From Saccostrea echinata (taxonomy: Eukaryota): DNA of 64,000 nt. The notes below the pieces were generated by a model. That model was not told where the DNA came from. It did no database searches and saw only the letters and a list, made by a program, of their open reading frames with translations. Positions within the stretch are counted from its first letter, which is position 1; every line of letters starts with the position of its first letter. Where the stretch lies: contig NW_026889774.1 of the NCBI RefSeq assembly GCF_033153115.1, positions 20,894,001 to 20,958,000 of the forward strand. The letters run 5' to 3'. Shown here one piece after another: positions 12,800 through 25,400 of this stretch. Both the position numbers and the translations under genes were made by a program.

Positions 12800-15700
12800 C
12801 TATCTATACCAAATGATGTATTCAGGATATGACTGATTCCTGTCATAAACAACAAATTCTCGTTGTGGGAAGTTAGCCACTACACTGTCATATGTTTCTT
12901 GATGAGTTGTGCAAATATTCGAGAGACATATTTTACATGGGGGTCTTCTGAATTGTCCTACTGACCCAGTCATGTACACATCCCCAAGACACATTCTGAT
13001 AAGAAACATGGGGCGTTCTCCCTTCTGGTTTGGTCCTAATATATAAATAGATTATTCTTTACATGGCAGAATTTAATTGAGCACAGCACGTAAACGTCTA
13101 TAACCTTCTAATCATGTATATGCTTATCATGTAGTTTAATACATAAATTTCAATAATTTTCAATATTTTTAAAAACTGAAATGGGAGAGAAATTATCTAT
13201 ACTACCTGAATATGCATGGGACTTTACTGCCACCTCTGCTCCATAAACACCACTACCAAGCAGTCCATTATTTGCCAGTCTACTGTCTAAGCCTTGTGAA
13301 CATATCACATCTACAAGCTGGGCCTTTGTTGCGTGGAAAAAGTAATAATCATTAATTTCTGGGTATGTATGTCGAGTTAAAGAAGGGTCTAAAGTCTTCA
13401 TTACTTTTACAGAGCCTGTCGAGTTCTTCATTTTTTCGAGGGGAACAAAGTTACCTTCAACACTTGCTTTGCGAAATAATCTTTGGCATTCGTCGCCATA
13501 TTTTTGATAGAGACTCACGTTCTCTATTCGCTTTATGCTTACTATTCTTACAGTACCTAGTGTGCTTTTTAGAGTAGCGCCTATTGAATTGAAAGTCAGT
13601 TGGTCTACGGTTTCTAAAGAGTGGACATTTGTTCTAACATCCAAATTCCAGTCTTTCAATTTTTTTGTGTTTGTGTATTTCGTCCAGTATTTTGGTGTCC
13701 TCATGTCTTCCCTGTACTTCCAAGCTAACCAGGCTTTTGTTCCACGCGGTGGCTCATGGTATTGAGAAGACTGTCCGCTCGGTACTGGGTGACCGACAGC
13801 ACTCACTAAAGGGAAATAAAGTTAAGTAAACGTAATACTCCTTTATTTGAAGTATGAACGGAATGCTAACAATTTGAACTATTTTGTCGAAATTCTTTTA
13901 ATCCAGAAAATGATTTTAAGAGAATCATTCTTTTTATTTAAATCTACCTTTTTTCCCAGGACTAGACAATTCATCTTTATATGCCTGCAAAGATGGTTAT
14001 ATTGAGAAGATGTGACCTCACATATAAGCCTAAGAGCTTTTTAACATTCATATACGTAATTCAAATGAGTATATACAGTAACGTATTAGATTAGGAAACT
14101 GTAATCTAACCCACCTTCTCTAATTGTTTCAAGTCTGGACTACCACCGTACAATACGATTCGTACTTCAGAAATGCTATATTTGGCTGAAAACTTTCGAA
14201 TTGCCGCCACAGTGCAAGCAGCTGCTACGTCCAACGGGAACTTCAGCTGTCCTGTACCGAGTGCTGGAAACGCTATGGACTTGTGTCCATGGGAATTGGC
14301 CGTTTTTAGACAATTATAAACAAATTCCTCCAATATCTGAAAGTGTCAAATTTAGTTCAGTTCCATTCAAAACCTTGAATATTCAATTTTCAAAAACGTA
14401 CCATTAGAAATTAACACTTACAATATCTGGTTGGGTTGTATTGCCAGTAGCTTTAGCATACCACGACAACAAGGCGCCATGAAAAACTTCGGAACATTTC
14501 AAATTGTAACCCTTGGTAACAGCAATAAAACCGAAAGCAATGTTATTTTTAGGACATTTTTGATGAAGCTCTTGTACGAGGTTTGGTCCAGCAGCAGAGA
14601 CCAGAGCAGAGGAAGACGCAGAGTTCATGTTGAGATCTTGTCCGATGGCATTGACAACAGCACTAACCTGGTAATGTAAGTCTTGCAGTTAGAACATAGT
14701 ACTTCGTGTATTTAAGCCACATTTTTATTTATTCCACATGAAATGAATTTCTGAGTTCTCTAATATTACTGCAGGGAAACTATCTATGTTCTTCATAGTT
14801 TTACAGTGTATGCTCTTGTATAGAAATGGATAATTTCCTAGATTTTACATTACACAAATTCTGATATATTTAGAAATTACAGTCATACTATATTTATAGC
14901 AACAGATTAAAAAGGCTTACATTTTGATCTGGCAAACTTCCTACTATAACATTCACAGAAATTTTGCCAATATTTTTGCTAAATTTTGTACGCGACATTC
15001 CAGTGGACGAAGCTGCTGATGTTGCTTGGGAAGTCGAACCTGTGGGAATAAAGAAATATACGCTAGTATGTATTAATAAAGCATAAAAGACCAAAAAATG
15101 AATGTTTAGGATTCTAGACGAACATACCTGAAGCACTTTGACCAATTCCAAGTTCATTTAAAAGCTCCTATAAGAAGTCATAAATTAAATAGAAAATTAA
15201 ACCCCCTTTTTTAAATTAAAAAAAAAGTATTAGAATTGCTAGAATACAACAGGGATAACTTCAGCAATTTATTCAAAATTTATTTTAAAAAAAGATAAAA
15301 ATTTCTACATACAGATTGGACTAATGAAGAATCTTGGCTTCCTTTAAAAATCACAATGCTGACGTCTGTAAGACTAGATTGTGGATGATTACGGCTGAAC
15401 TTCTGGATACTCTGTACCATAACTTTAATCGCATTTTTTGTAGGATATCCCAAAGCCCCAATACCAAGCGTTGGAAATGCTATCGATCTTATCGAGTTAA
15501 AGTTCGCCGTTTCCAGACAGCCGGTTACAAACTGTTCCAAACACTAGAAAAGATATCATTGTTGTGTTAGCCAATTATGAAATAAAATTAAAAAAGGCAT
15601 GTTGGCACCACGTGCTCAGCATTCGAATTCTATTTTTCGAGAAACAAATGAACAGAAGAATGTAATATCAGAGTATGAACAAACTCCAGAAGGATCAGGC

Positions 15701-18700
15701 GAGGGTGTTCCCCATTTTGGCAAAGTGCCATGGAAGACATATTTGCATGACAGATTGTATCCATTAGTAATGACTAATCCACCAAAATTTATTCCTTTTG
15801 ACGCTACGTTGTTGAGTTCTGTCTGCAGTCCAGGCCCTGCATCATTCAGTAAAACCCGTGAAAGAGCACCGGTGCTGAGGTTCAAGTCTTTTGGAGCACA
15901 ATGAGCCAAGACATCAGCCTAAAATAATGCACATTTATTTAATTACCTTGGTAAATCTCACTTCTACAACACATAGTAATGAGCTATATAATATGTATAT
16001 GTACATATATTTATCTTTGCTTTTAGGCTCTTAAATCAATGTCGCATCCAAATAATATTTTGGACATGAGTGTACATGTCCTCAAAAAAGTTTGAAGATG
16101 CCATTTAATTTTTAATTTTTAATTAGGCTCCTTAACTACTAGTAATGTCGCATCCAAATAATTTTCTGGCCATGAGTGCACATGTTCTCAAAACAGTTTG
16201 AAGATGACATTTGATTTTCTTAAATCTGTGCTAAAATTTACGCTGTTCAGCTCATACATGTTTATAAAAGCAAGCAAGTTCAATGTGAAATTCAACGTCA
16301 TTAAAATACTCACGCTTTCCTTGTTTAGAGCACCGAGAACTACTTTAATATTTACAGACCCGAGTCTGACACTATTTCCAGAATGTCTGGAAACCTTGGA
16401 AGCACTGCCTTGTTTATGATCTGAAAATAAAAGATAAACATAATTTTCTGAGAAATAAAATATACTATATTAGGAAAAATAAAATGGAGACAGATTTTCA
16501 ACTTACTCTGGTTTGATGTAGATGACGAATACTTTCCTGCTGCGTTTAGGAAGTCCTTGACAATAAAATGTATATAAAATATAACAGTGAAAATGAAAGG
16601 CAAAGTTTATAACATTCAATTTTTATTTTTTCTTATTACAGCCTTTGGATCTTAAAACATGCCTTAGTTTCTGAGCCCTGGTCAAGTTGGGGACAGAAAT
16701 AAAACGTAAACATCCATATGAAATACATGTATACAAACTTTAAGAGTATCCGTCAAACAAATAAATTTCCTTCTTACGAAAATAAAACAATACACTATAA
16801 AGTTATTTGCAAACATATTGACAGGTGCATTTCTATAAACTGTTTTTTTTTTTTCAAAATTAGATCCTGGATCTCACACTGTAGTGATGATCTGATTATA
16901 AAAATGGTGATAATTTTAGATCTTTTTAATCTTTCACATTTCCTTGTTTGGTATTAGGAGAAAGACAATGGATTGTTTCCTAAATGTTTTGACATCCATG
17001 TTATGTCTAAATTTGGATTTCTTCTGATCATCGTATGTGAATTAGTAAAATAAGACTTCAAATGAGTCACAATTTTTATGTATTATTCATAAATCCAAGC
17101 ATATTACAGATTTGTTTTGTAATCGAGAAAATTTAACATCTTACAATAAGAACAAGGCAATAATCTATACCTGGAAAGTGCTGCTTTCTTGTGAGTATAT
17201 TACAATGGACACAGATGTTATTGTTCGTGATGTGCACTCTTTGATGCATTCCAACATTATTTCAGCAACTCTTGGAGAGGGATAGGACAGGTACCCGGTC
17301 CCTATCGGTGGGAAGGCGATGGACCTGTAACCGTCAGCATCAGCCTGATCTAGACATTCTGTCACTAAGTCTGCTAAGATCTGTGAACATGAGCAAATCT
17401 TAGTTGAATCGGACATAAGGTAACAGGCTTCATTGATAGAGGGAAGGACACTCTAACTCTTTAAATGTGCTCAATGGAACTTAAACTCGTATAGAAAGCA
17501 CCAACAAATGAAATGCTTTTTGCTGAATTATTCACTACTCGACCCAGAATCCTGAAATTGGAAGACTCCTTATAAATTAATGAATTTGTAATGTTAATTA
17601 ATACCTGTTCGTCTTTTTTAGATGAATATTTTGCCAGAACTCCATGATATATTGCCTTACAGGCGAGATTTCCTCCTGTTGTGACAGCTATTTCCCCTGT
17701 TGATAACGTGCCAGGATAGTTCTGACGACACTCTCTCTGAATGCCCCTCCCTGCTGCAGATAGGAGGGAACTGGACGCTCTCCCTTGACTCAGATCAAGA
17801 CTAGGATTTGCACTGTGAACTATTACGTCAACCTAAATTAAAAAAGAAACCATCAAAATAAAATATGGAGATAACGAACAGTATTCAAGCTCAAAGTCCA
17901 TTTAAACAATACAAATCGGGAACAGAGCAAAAAAAAAATAAAATAAAATAAATTCAAAGGTGGGATCGGGTGCCATTGAGGAGTGAGCATCCTCTACAGA
18001 CCGGTCACACCCGCCGTGAGCTCCTTGTCATGATCGGGAAATAACGAAAAAAATCCGTCGACAATTCAGTAAAATCCGTCGACAATTCAGTGTGTAAATA
18101 ATGGCCTAACAATTAGTATGAAAAACGTCAGTCAGCATTTGTTAATGAAAGGTTGTAATTGCTGACAAGGTCATTGTATCGACCATAAAACTTGCGAAAT
18201 GATGACTTCAAACGAGACTGTTGATATCCTGTTTGTTAGTCAATAGTTTGCCCCGTTTCAGAAATTCTTCATACGTAGAGCATGCTCTTGCGTATCGAAT
18301 CAACTGGGAGATAAAACCCCCATAAGCGGGTGATAAGGGTATATTGCATAGGTGCTACATAGGTAAGGGAAGTTGACGATTGAAAAATTAAAGTTATCAC
18401 GTTTATCATAAAGCTTGGTTGTAGGTTACCATTAAAGTCTTTTTATAGTAAAATATCCAAATATGAAACAGATGTGTCAGACTTTGTGATATTTTTTTAT
18501 TTCAAGCTCCGTGGGATATATTGAGTCGACATATGAATGAAAGTAACTATTGTTAATTGATAATATGTCGTCGATATATCTAAATGTCGCGTTGAAGGCC
18601 ACAGCAAGTGTTTTATTCTCCTCATGTAGAATTTTTTGAATCAATTCTGTTTCATCTGAACACAAAATGGTTTGCTAATAGGGGGGCGCAATTGGTACCC

Positions 18701-21304
18701 TTGGGTATTCCAACAGATTGTTGGAAGACCTGATTTTCATATATATTTATATACATATATTTCTGATATTGTCAATCAGAAACTCAAACTTCTTTTTAAT
18801 ATCAACTTTAGAGTAATTCTGTGTACAATCAGAATGTTTTTTAGCAAAATAATTTTGCAGATGACCAATGACAAGGTACATGTGAGTATATTTACGAGTT
18901 CTATTTTTATTGAAAACGCAGCTGTTAATGATGTCAAAAAGCCTAGACTTTAATTTATCGTGGGGAATGGTTGTATAAAGTGTTGAAAAGTCGTATGTTT
19001 TGATGTTATTGATTTTGTTAAAATTTTACTAAAAGTTCCTTGAAGTTTTTAAGTATCCACATCTGATTTACACCACTTCTCGAATATACTGTTGTACAGT
19101 ACTCCTAAAGTTTCTCCTTCACTGCTAGAAATATTTTAGTGACGAGTAAAGAAAGAGGCTTGTTAGAACATTTACTTGAACCCGTTATGTATCTTTGTTT
19201 GTAAGGATATTTATGAAGTTTTGGAATCCAGTATAGGTATGGGTATGTTAATTCAAATTCATTTTGATTGTTTGGAATATTAAAAATATTTAAAACTGAC
19301 GTATGGTTTTGAAGAATTTCCTCCTTAGAAAGGGAGCTATGGGTATAAATTGGATTACCACTTGCAGAATTTAATCCTAGTTCCTCTAAAATTCAATTCT
19401 AATAATGAGCCTTACAAACAAAGACAATGCTATTACTGCTTTGTCAGCGGGGACCGGTACATACTGATCGTGTAATCTATCTACATGTAATTCTAGTTTC
19501 ACTTCTGCATTGTCGAAGACATAAGTATAGATGTTTTCATGTAAAGCTTATACGGTACCAATTTTGATGCACCAGATGCGCATTTCGACAAATTATGTCT
19601 ATTCAGCGATGCTCATAACGAAACATTTGAAATCCGAAATATTTATACTGCGCGATTTCAACACCCATCTGATACATTTAATTCATTCTGACAAAGTGTC
19701 AAGTCTTCTTATTCATATTTGGCCCATCGTCTGGCGTAATCTTCTATAGAATTCATAATATTTATGAAATTATGACGCCAGGTGGAAGATCGGGGTTCCC
19801 TAAACTTTGGCCCTCTTATAATAAGTGATTTAAGGTCCTCATTATTAACTATATTTACGTCACCAGTAATGACGTGTCCAGCAGGACTATAGTTGCAGGG
19901 TGAAGAAGAACATGAGCACGATGGAGGTTTATGTTTCAGATGCTCGATATCTAGGCACTGTAGAGTTTTTTTATCATCAAAAAGTTTGGGAGCAATTGTC
20001 GATGTATATTTGTAAGAAATACATAGTGTGGACTTCAAATTGAAATATGGTGGAATACAAGACTGGACCTTTGTGTGATTAAGAATATTACTCATATTAA
20101 CTGCGTCAATTCCTTTGTTGGCATCTTGAAGTTTAAAGAACAAACGGGTTTTTTGAGCAGTATTTTCGGTAGCAGTAGTGAATCAAAAGAGACATCGTGT
20201 TTAATAGGTCAGACCGATGTCCATGACTACGCTTATGTCTCTGTGTACTGTTAAAATGTCCCATCATATTCATATTGCTACACTATGGGCTTGAAAGATT
20301 CCCATCACTATCGACAATGTCATTGCTACCATATGGAGAGGCCGTGCCTAGTTTTCTAATACAGTATTCTTCTCGGTGTCTACGGAAAGGTGTACTCAGT
20401 GGTGGGCTAGTATGATGGTAAATCTTTTCTAGAATTCTAGCTTTCATTAGCAAAATAGAATTATCAGGTAAATTAAAATGCTTGTATAGAAAAGTTAAAA
20501 TAATCTTTCATGCTATTTCTTCGAATTTTGAAGAATCCAATCATTCCTTTCCTTACCTGTTGTCTGGTAATATCTCCTCCAACAATATCGACTGTAATAT
20601 TACCAATCTGGAAACCCGACTTGACTTGAAAACTTGATCCTCGGGAACTGTGTTTGGGTAAATAAGTGGCCCCTACCAACTCGTCGGAATCGTCAGTAGA
20701 TTCTACGGAGAGAATACACTTATTGCACATAGAAGAAGAATAAAGCAGCACAATGTCATATTGCTCTAGATCAAAACAGGTCTCTTCATTAGTAAGGAGA
20801 ACGTTTACTTTTAGCTTTCATCTTAAATTTTTTAAATAGAATTATCCCAAAAGTTTCATTTAAGGATACATAACGCAAACAAAAAAAATGACGCATGGGT
20901 TGATATATACATATATTTTCTGACTGGTTTTGAATAGAAATGACATAAGTAATAAATCCCTAAAATATAAAGAAACCGTACGTTTTCTTTGCTGATTAAA
21001 TATGCGAGTCTGTTTTGCTTTCTATGTAATTCTATATAAAATTCTGGGCACATTTTTAACATTGTCTTAACAAAATCTTACAAAATCCTCCCACTTTACC
21101 TGGCAAACATTAATCAAATCACCTATTTGAATATAAATCTATGAGGAAAATCGCTGATTTTTGATAAAAGTTTACTTGTGTTATTTATCCTTAAAGCAAC
21201 GAAACTATTTTCTTACCTTCTTCATCAGATTCTGAGGATTCTGAGGATTCCGACAACGAAGAATCAGAATCGTCCAGTAACCTGCGATTTCTGTAACCAG
21301 CCAT
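12800..21304 (-). CDS. Macro-PARP paralog A: acidic N-terminus, 3 macrodomains and ART/PARP catalytic domain, ~930 aa
   Basis: 15 GT-AG exons in frame: 21217-21304, 20557-20702, 17605-17832, 17171-17380, 16507-16555, 16314-16420, 15685-15918, 15313-15543, 15128-15167, 14921-15039, 14422-14667, 14115-14336, 13948-13984, 13206-13805, 12800-13035 (2793 nt). Macro motifs VDVIV..., SIAFPxxGTG; catalytic motifs YFFHAT, GVYGAE..KSHAY, EFVVYD...YPEY. Confidence 0.9.
16038..16220. repeat. Direct duplication with ~106-bp spacing in an intron of paralog A
   Basis: AATGTCGCATCCAAATAAT...CATGAGTG...AGTTTGAAGATG at 16038 and 16144. Confidence 0.75.
17860..20150 (-). mobile_element. Degenerate Penelope-like retroelement (Naiad-type RT) in intron 2 of paralog A
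   Basis: Frameshifted RT fragments: CSC...GHVITGD (CxC linker), YLYWIPKLHKYPYKQRY, TFRYIDD, GVLSPS/LIRYARACS-like C-terminus. The ORF ends after the RT with no C-terminal GIY-YIG. Confidence 0.85.
19569..19612 (-). ncRNA. Type I hammerhead ribozyme motif with a core mutation
   Basis: Minus strand reads GCAUCG-CUGAAUA-GACA UAAUU UGUC-GAAA-UGCGCA-UC-UGGUGC: stem I, stem II, palindromic stem III. The core is CUGAAUA rather than CUGANGA. Confidence 0.65.
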
Positions 21305-22454
21305 CTTAACTTTCTATGCGTGTCAAATAATTACAGCAATTTTACATAACAATAGGATAAAATTGCATATATTTATAATCTTTTATAATAGAGGAATTTT
21401 TATAATTCTTTGGTATCCTTCCTCATATATTTTACTATTTTTATTCAATTCTGGATTTTCTTCCTCGAGCATCTCGTGGAACCAGGAAGTTGTTTCAAGT
21501 ATTGAAGAGGCTGATTGATAAAAATATATCTGATTATTGTATTAAAATTAATTTTGTTATAATTGTATTTTCATAATAAACCTTGTGTTTTTGCCCAAGA
21601 TCTTTATTCATCTGATACAAAAATACACATTACCTATGATATATTATTTTATATTACTTTACGACTTTGCTGTACTATCAAAGCAGCAAAATTAAAAGTG
21701 CATGAATAGGAAAAATAAAGCTATATGCAACTAAGAGATAAGTAATGTTATATTTCAATTATATTATCAGAATCTTTTGAATCAGGTCCCAGGTCAGCCA
21801 CACACAATATAGTATTATAAGCGATGCCGTTCTCTGCATTATTTGCTACTAGTATTTTTTGATATCTATGATTATCTTTAGTAACATAGCTTATTTCCGG
21901 TAGGTCAAATTCAGTTATAAGTCACTGCTTCTTTCTAGACAGTGTACGTTTTGAAAATATTTTACACCATAGATTAAATTCAGGAACTGACAAAAGATAC
22001 TGTGAATTCACTAATTTTTGAGGTGTATAATCTTCCTTGTTTTGGGTATGATGAGAACGACGAATGTATGACCCCCACAAGGTGTTAAAATTATATGTAT
22101 ATATATTATATTATATATCTTATTTATTGTTTTTGCTGATAAATGCCAGCAAAATATTTTGCACAAACTTCAGTGAAAATCTGTTTTAAAACTGGTCCAA
22201 GTAAAATGTAGTGGAATGGACCCCGCATAAATTGCATAAATTGGAAGCAAAGTATAAGTATTATAATATATGATTGATACGTTACCACTCATGCATGCCA
22301 AATTTAAAAAGAACACACACACACACACAATTATTTTCAATTCATTTAATATCCTTCAAATTACAAGGTACTTTTTCCTGACCTTTAAATCGCATTTCTC
22401 CAGTGAAGTTAAAGGTAAAAAATAATCCTTTTACCCCCATGCATATGTCGTTCA

Positions 22455-25400
22455 TCAGATATACCAAATAAGAAATTCGGGATAAGACTGATTTCTGTCA
22501 TAAACCACGAACTCGCGATCGGAAAATGCTCCACCATTGGCCACTACACTGTCATACATCTCTTGATGACTTGTACACTGAGCATTACTGCATTTTTTGC
22601 ACGGGGCCCTCCTAAAGTTAGTGTCTACATTTGTCAAAAAGACATCTCCGAGGCACATCCTGACCAAGAACATGGGTCTTTCACCTTTGCTATTCGTTCC
22701 TATGAACAAAACAAAATATTTCTGTGTAAAACATACCGATATACTCATTGTATAACTCTACAAGTCATCATGTCTCCCATAGCAATTAATTCGTTGTTTG
22801 TCTTTCTTGTCATAAACGAAAGTTAACTTCTAGAATGCTGTTTTATTATTCTGAATCACCAATAGTAGTATATTTACTATAATTTTGTTCGCCTGTCGAA
22901 CCAGGCATCAAAGATTAAGATGTGCATAGTTTTAATAAAATCACAATTTAAAAAATAAAATAAGATATTTTGTATGTTCAATTAAATTTTCATACCTTAA
23001 GAATATTTTAGGAATGACTCTCATTCTTGCCAAGTTACTCGAGTATTACCTGGTTTGGGCCAGTTTACATGTCTGTAGCAACGATTTCAAAAGTGGGAGG
23101 GGGGCAACTTCCCCCTCCCCCCAAAAATGAAAAAAAAAACTAAACTGACCAAAAGGGGGGGGGGCAACTTCCCTAAATTATCTGCAAAGAAAAAACGAAA
23201 AAAAAAAAAACAAGCATTCTGAGAGTATTGCATTAGCAATACTAGTCCTCTACCGGCAAGTGCAATCTGGTTCCCGTTAAAAATTGAAAATGCCATATTT
23301 CGGTCAAAAATCAATAAAGTGGAATGAAATGCAAACTTGATCTATAACTCATCAAGGTAAAGTCACATACCAAAAATCAGCTCAATATTTGCAAGCGTTT
23401 AGAAAAAAAGTGCGGAAAAGCAAGTGGGACACACTGACAGACAGACAGAGGGTCAGACAGACAGACAGACAGACGGACGGACAGACTAAGAGGAAACGTA
23501 TAGTCCCCTTCGGTTTCACCGGTAGGGGACTAAAAAGCAAATTTACTGTTCAAATCCTGAAATTTGCCTGTGCTTGACCTATCAACATCAAAAAGTTGGG
23601 GGGGGGGGGGACTAGCATCTAAAATACTACCATAGCAAAATCTATACTCAGAAAAAAGTGGGGGGAGCCCACTGGCCCCCCACCCCGCGTTCTACGGGCC
23701 TGGTTTACGTTTTACGCGAAGCATGGGGGATGGAAACATGCAGATTTTAACCTCTACACAAAAGCTAGGCTGTTATATAAAGACAACATGTAGTAGAGGT
23801 ACTTTTATTAAGAATTATAAAAGTTGAAATGATTTTAAATGAAATAAAATAAATATTAAATATAAATTAAATAAACTAAATAAACTATTAAATATGTTAT
23901 AAATGCATAAATGATAAGTTTTCTATTAAAGTTTCATTCTGTTCATTCTTTACTAACATGGGTATTTAGTGACATAGATATACACCCCTTTGGATCCACA
24001 CCTGTACATATACTTTTACATGACCACACATATCTATTGGTCAGATTTTGAAACGGATAGATTTCATTGGTTGAAAGTTTAGTCTTTGTGGGGTACTGAG
24101 TTTTATTCAGAATTAGCTCAAGGTTTAGAATGGAGAAGACATAGTTATATAGCTGCTGACTTTATTTATTCAAAGACCTAAGACAGTTCCTGAAAATGTA
24201 AGTTTTACCCTTTTTTATGCCTTAAGATATGTTTTCCATAATTTATGTGAAATAGGTGGAAAACATAATATTTCACTTTTAAATGTTAACATATTGAATT
24301 ATCTGTCTGTATAATCAGATGTAGATAAATCTGATGGAGTTTTCTTATTAATTAATTTGTATATATACCTAGAAATATTTTTATGTGAATATTTTGATAA
24401 TCAAACTAATTTGAATATCTATTTATTATGAGAAAGGTATTTGTAAAGAACAAATCCTGATTATTTTATTTATTGTACATAGGTAACACCATAAGTAAAG
24501 AATTAAATTATTGCTTTGGAGAAAGTTCAATTCCATAAATTGGTATGTCTATCTGTATATATATTTTTTATGATTTGTACAGAAACATAAAAGAAAGATA
24601 ACTCTTCACAAGACTGTTAAGAGTAATTATGTTGTAAGAGTTAACTCCCTTATATAGAATTTCTCTATTTTATCATATCGAGTGAAATTTATAAATATGA
24701 TAAATAATTGTTAAAGGGAAGACAGATAATTTGTTATATTTTTATGATCAGAATATTAGATAATTGATATATTGTTTGTACATATTTTTATGACGCAATT
24801 TGTATATTGCAGGACATATCCATTTTCCATTATTCCATATATTCCATTAGTTCCATTTTCCATTATCCATTTATCATCAACTAGACATGTCACCATAATA
24901 AAATGTAAAATTTAAAAAAGCTACAAGTGTGTTTTCCATCATTGCCGGGAATACCCGCTACAAACATACAATGTACCTGTGTAACCGTGAGACTTTGATG
25001 CCATTTCTGCTCCATAGACTCCGACACCAAGCCGTCCGCCCCCTAGCCTACTATCTAGCCCCTGTTCACAGATCAAATTCACAGCATTTGGTTTCGTACC
25101 GTGGAAAAAGAAATACTCGTTTATTTCTGGATAAGTGTGCTTCGTTAAGGATTGGTCAAGATACTTCATTACCCTCACCGGGCCCAGCGAGTTCTGTACT
25201 TTATCCAAAGGAGTAAAATTCCCTGCCATACTAGCTTTGCGAAATAATCTCTGGCATTCATCGCCGTACTTTTGGAACAAACCAACATTTTCAAGCCGTT
25301 GTATACTGACAATCGTTTTGACTTGTACAGATTTTTTAAGGGCATTGCTTATGGAACTTTTGGTAACTTGATCCACCTTTTCAAAAGAGCTACCCCCCAA

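Noticed and set aside
10609-12855. 166-aa (10609-11109) and 180-aa (12313-12855) ORFs
   Set aside because: They overlap repeats and the 3'UTR of paralog A, have AT-driven composition and no domain signal.
13365-15904. Several plus-strand ORFs (13365, 13535, 14201, 14431, 15334, 15599), and similar ones over paralogs B-D
   Set aside because: Antisense to macro-PARP exons with no recognisable motifs.
21305-21520. Interferon-response or NF-kB-like sites upstream of the PARP genes
   Set aside because: Only partial matches, expected by chance in AT-rich DNA and not shared in position between paralogs.
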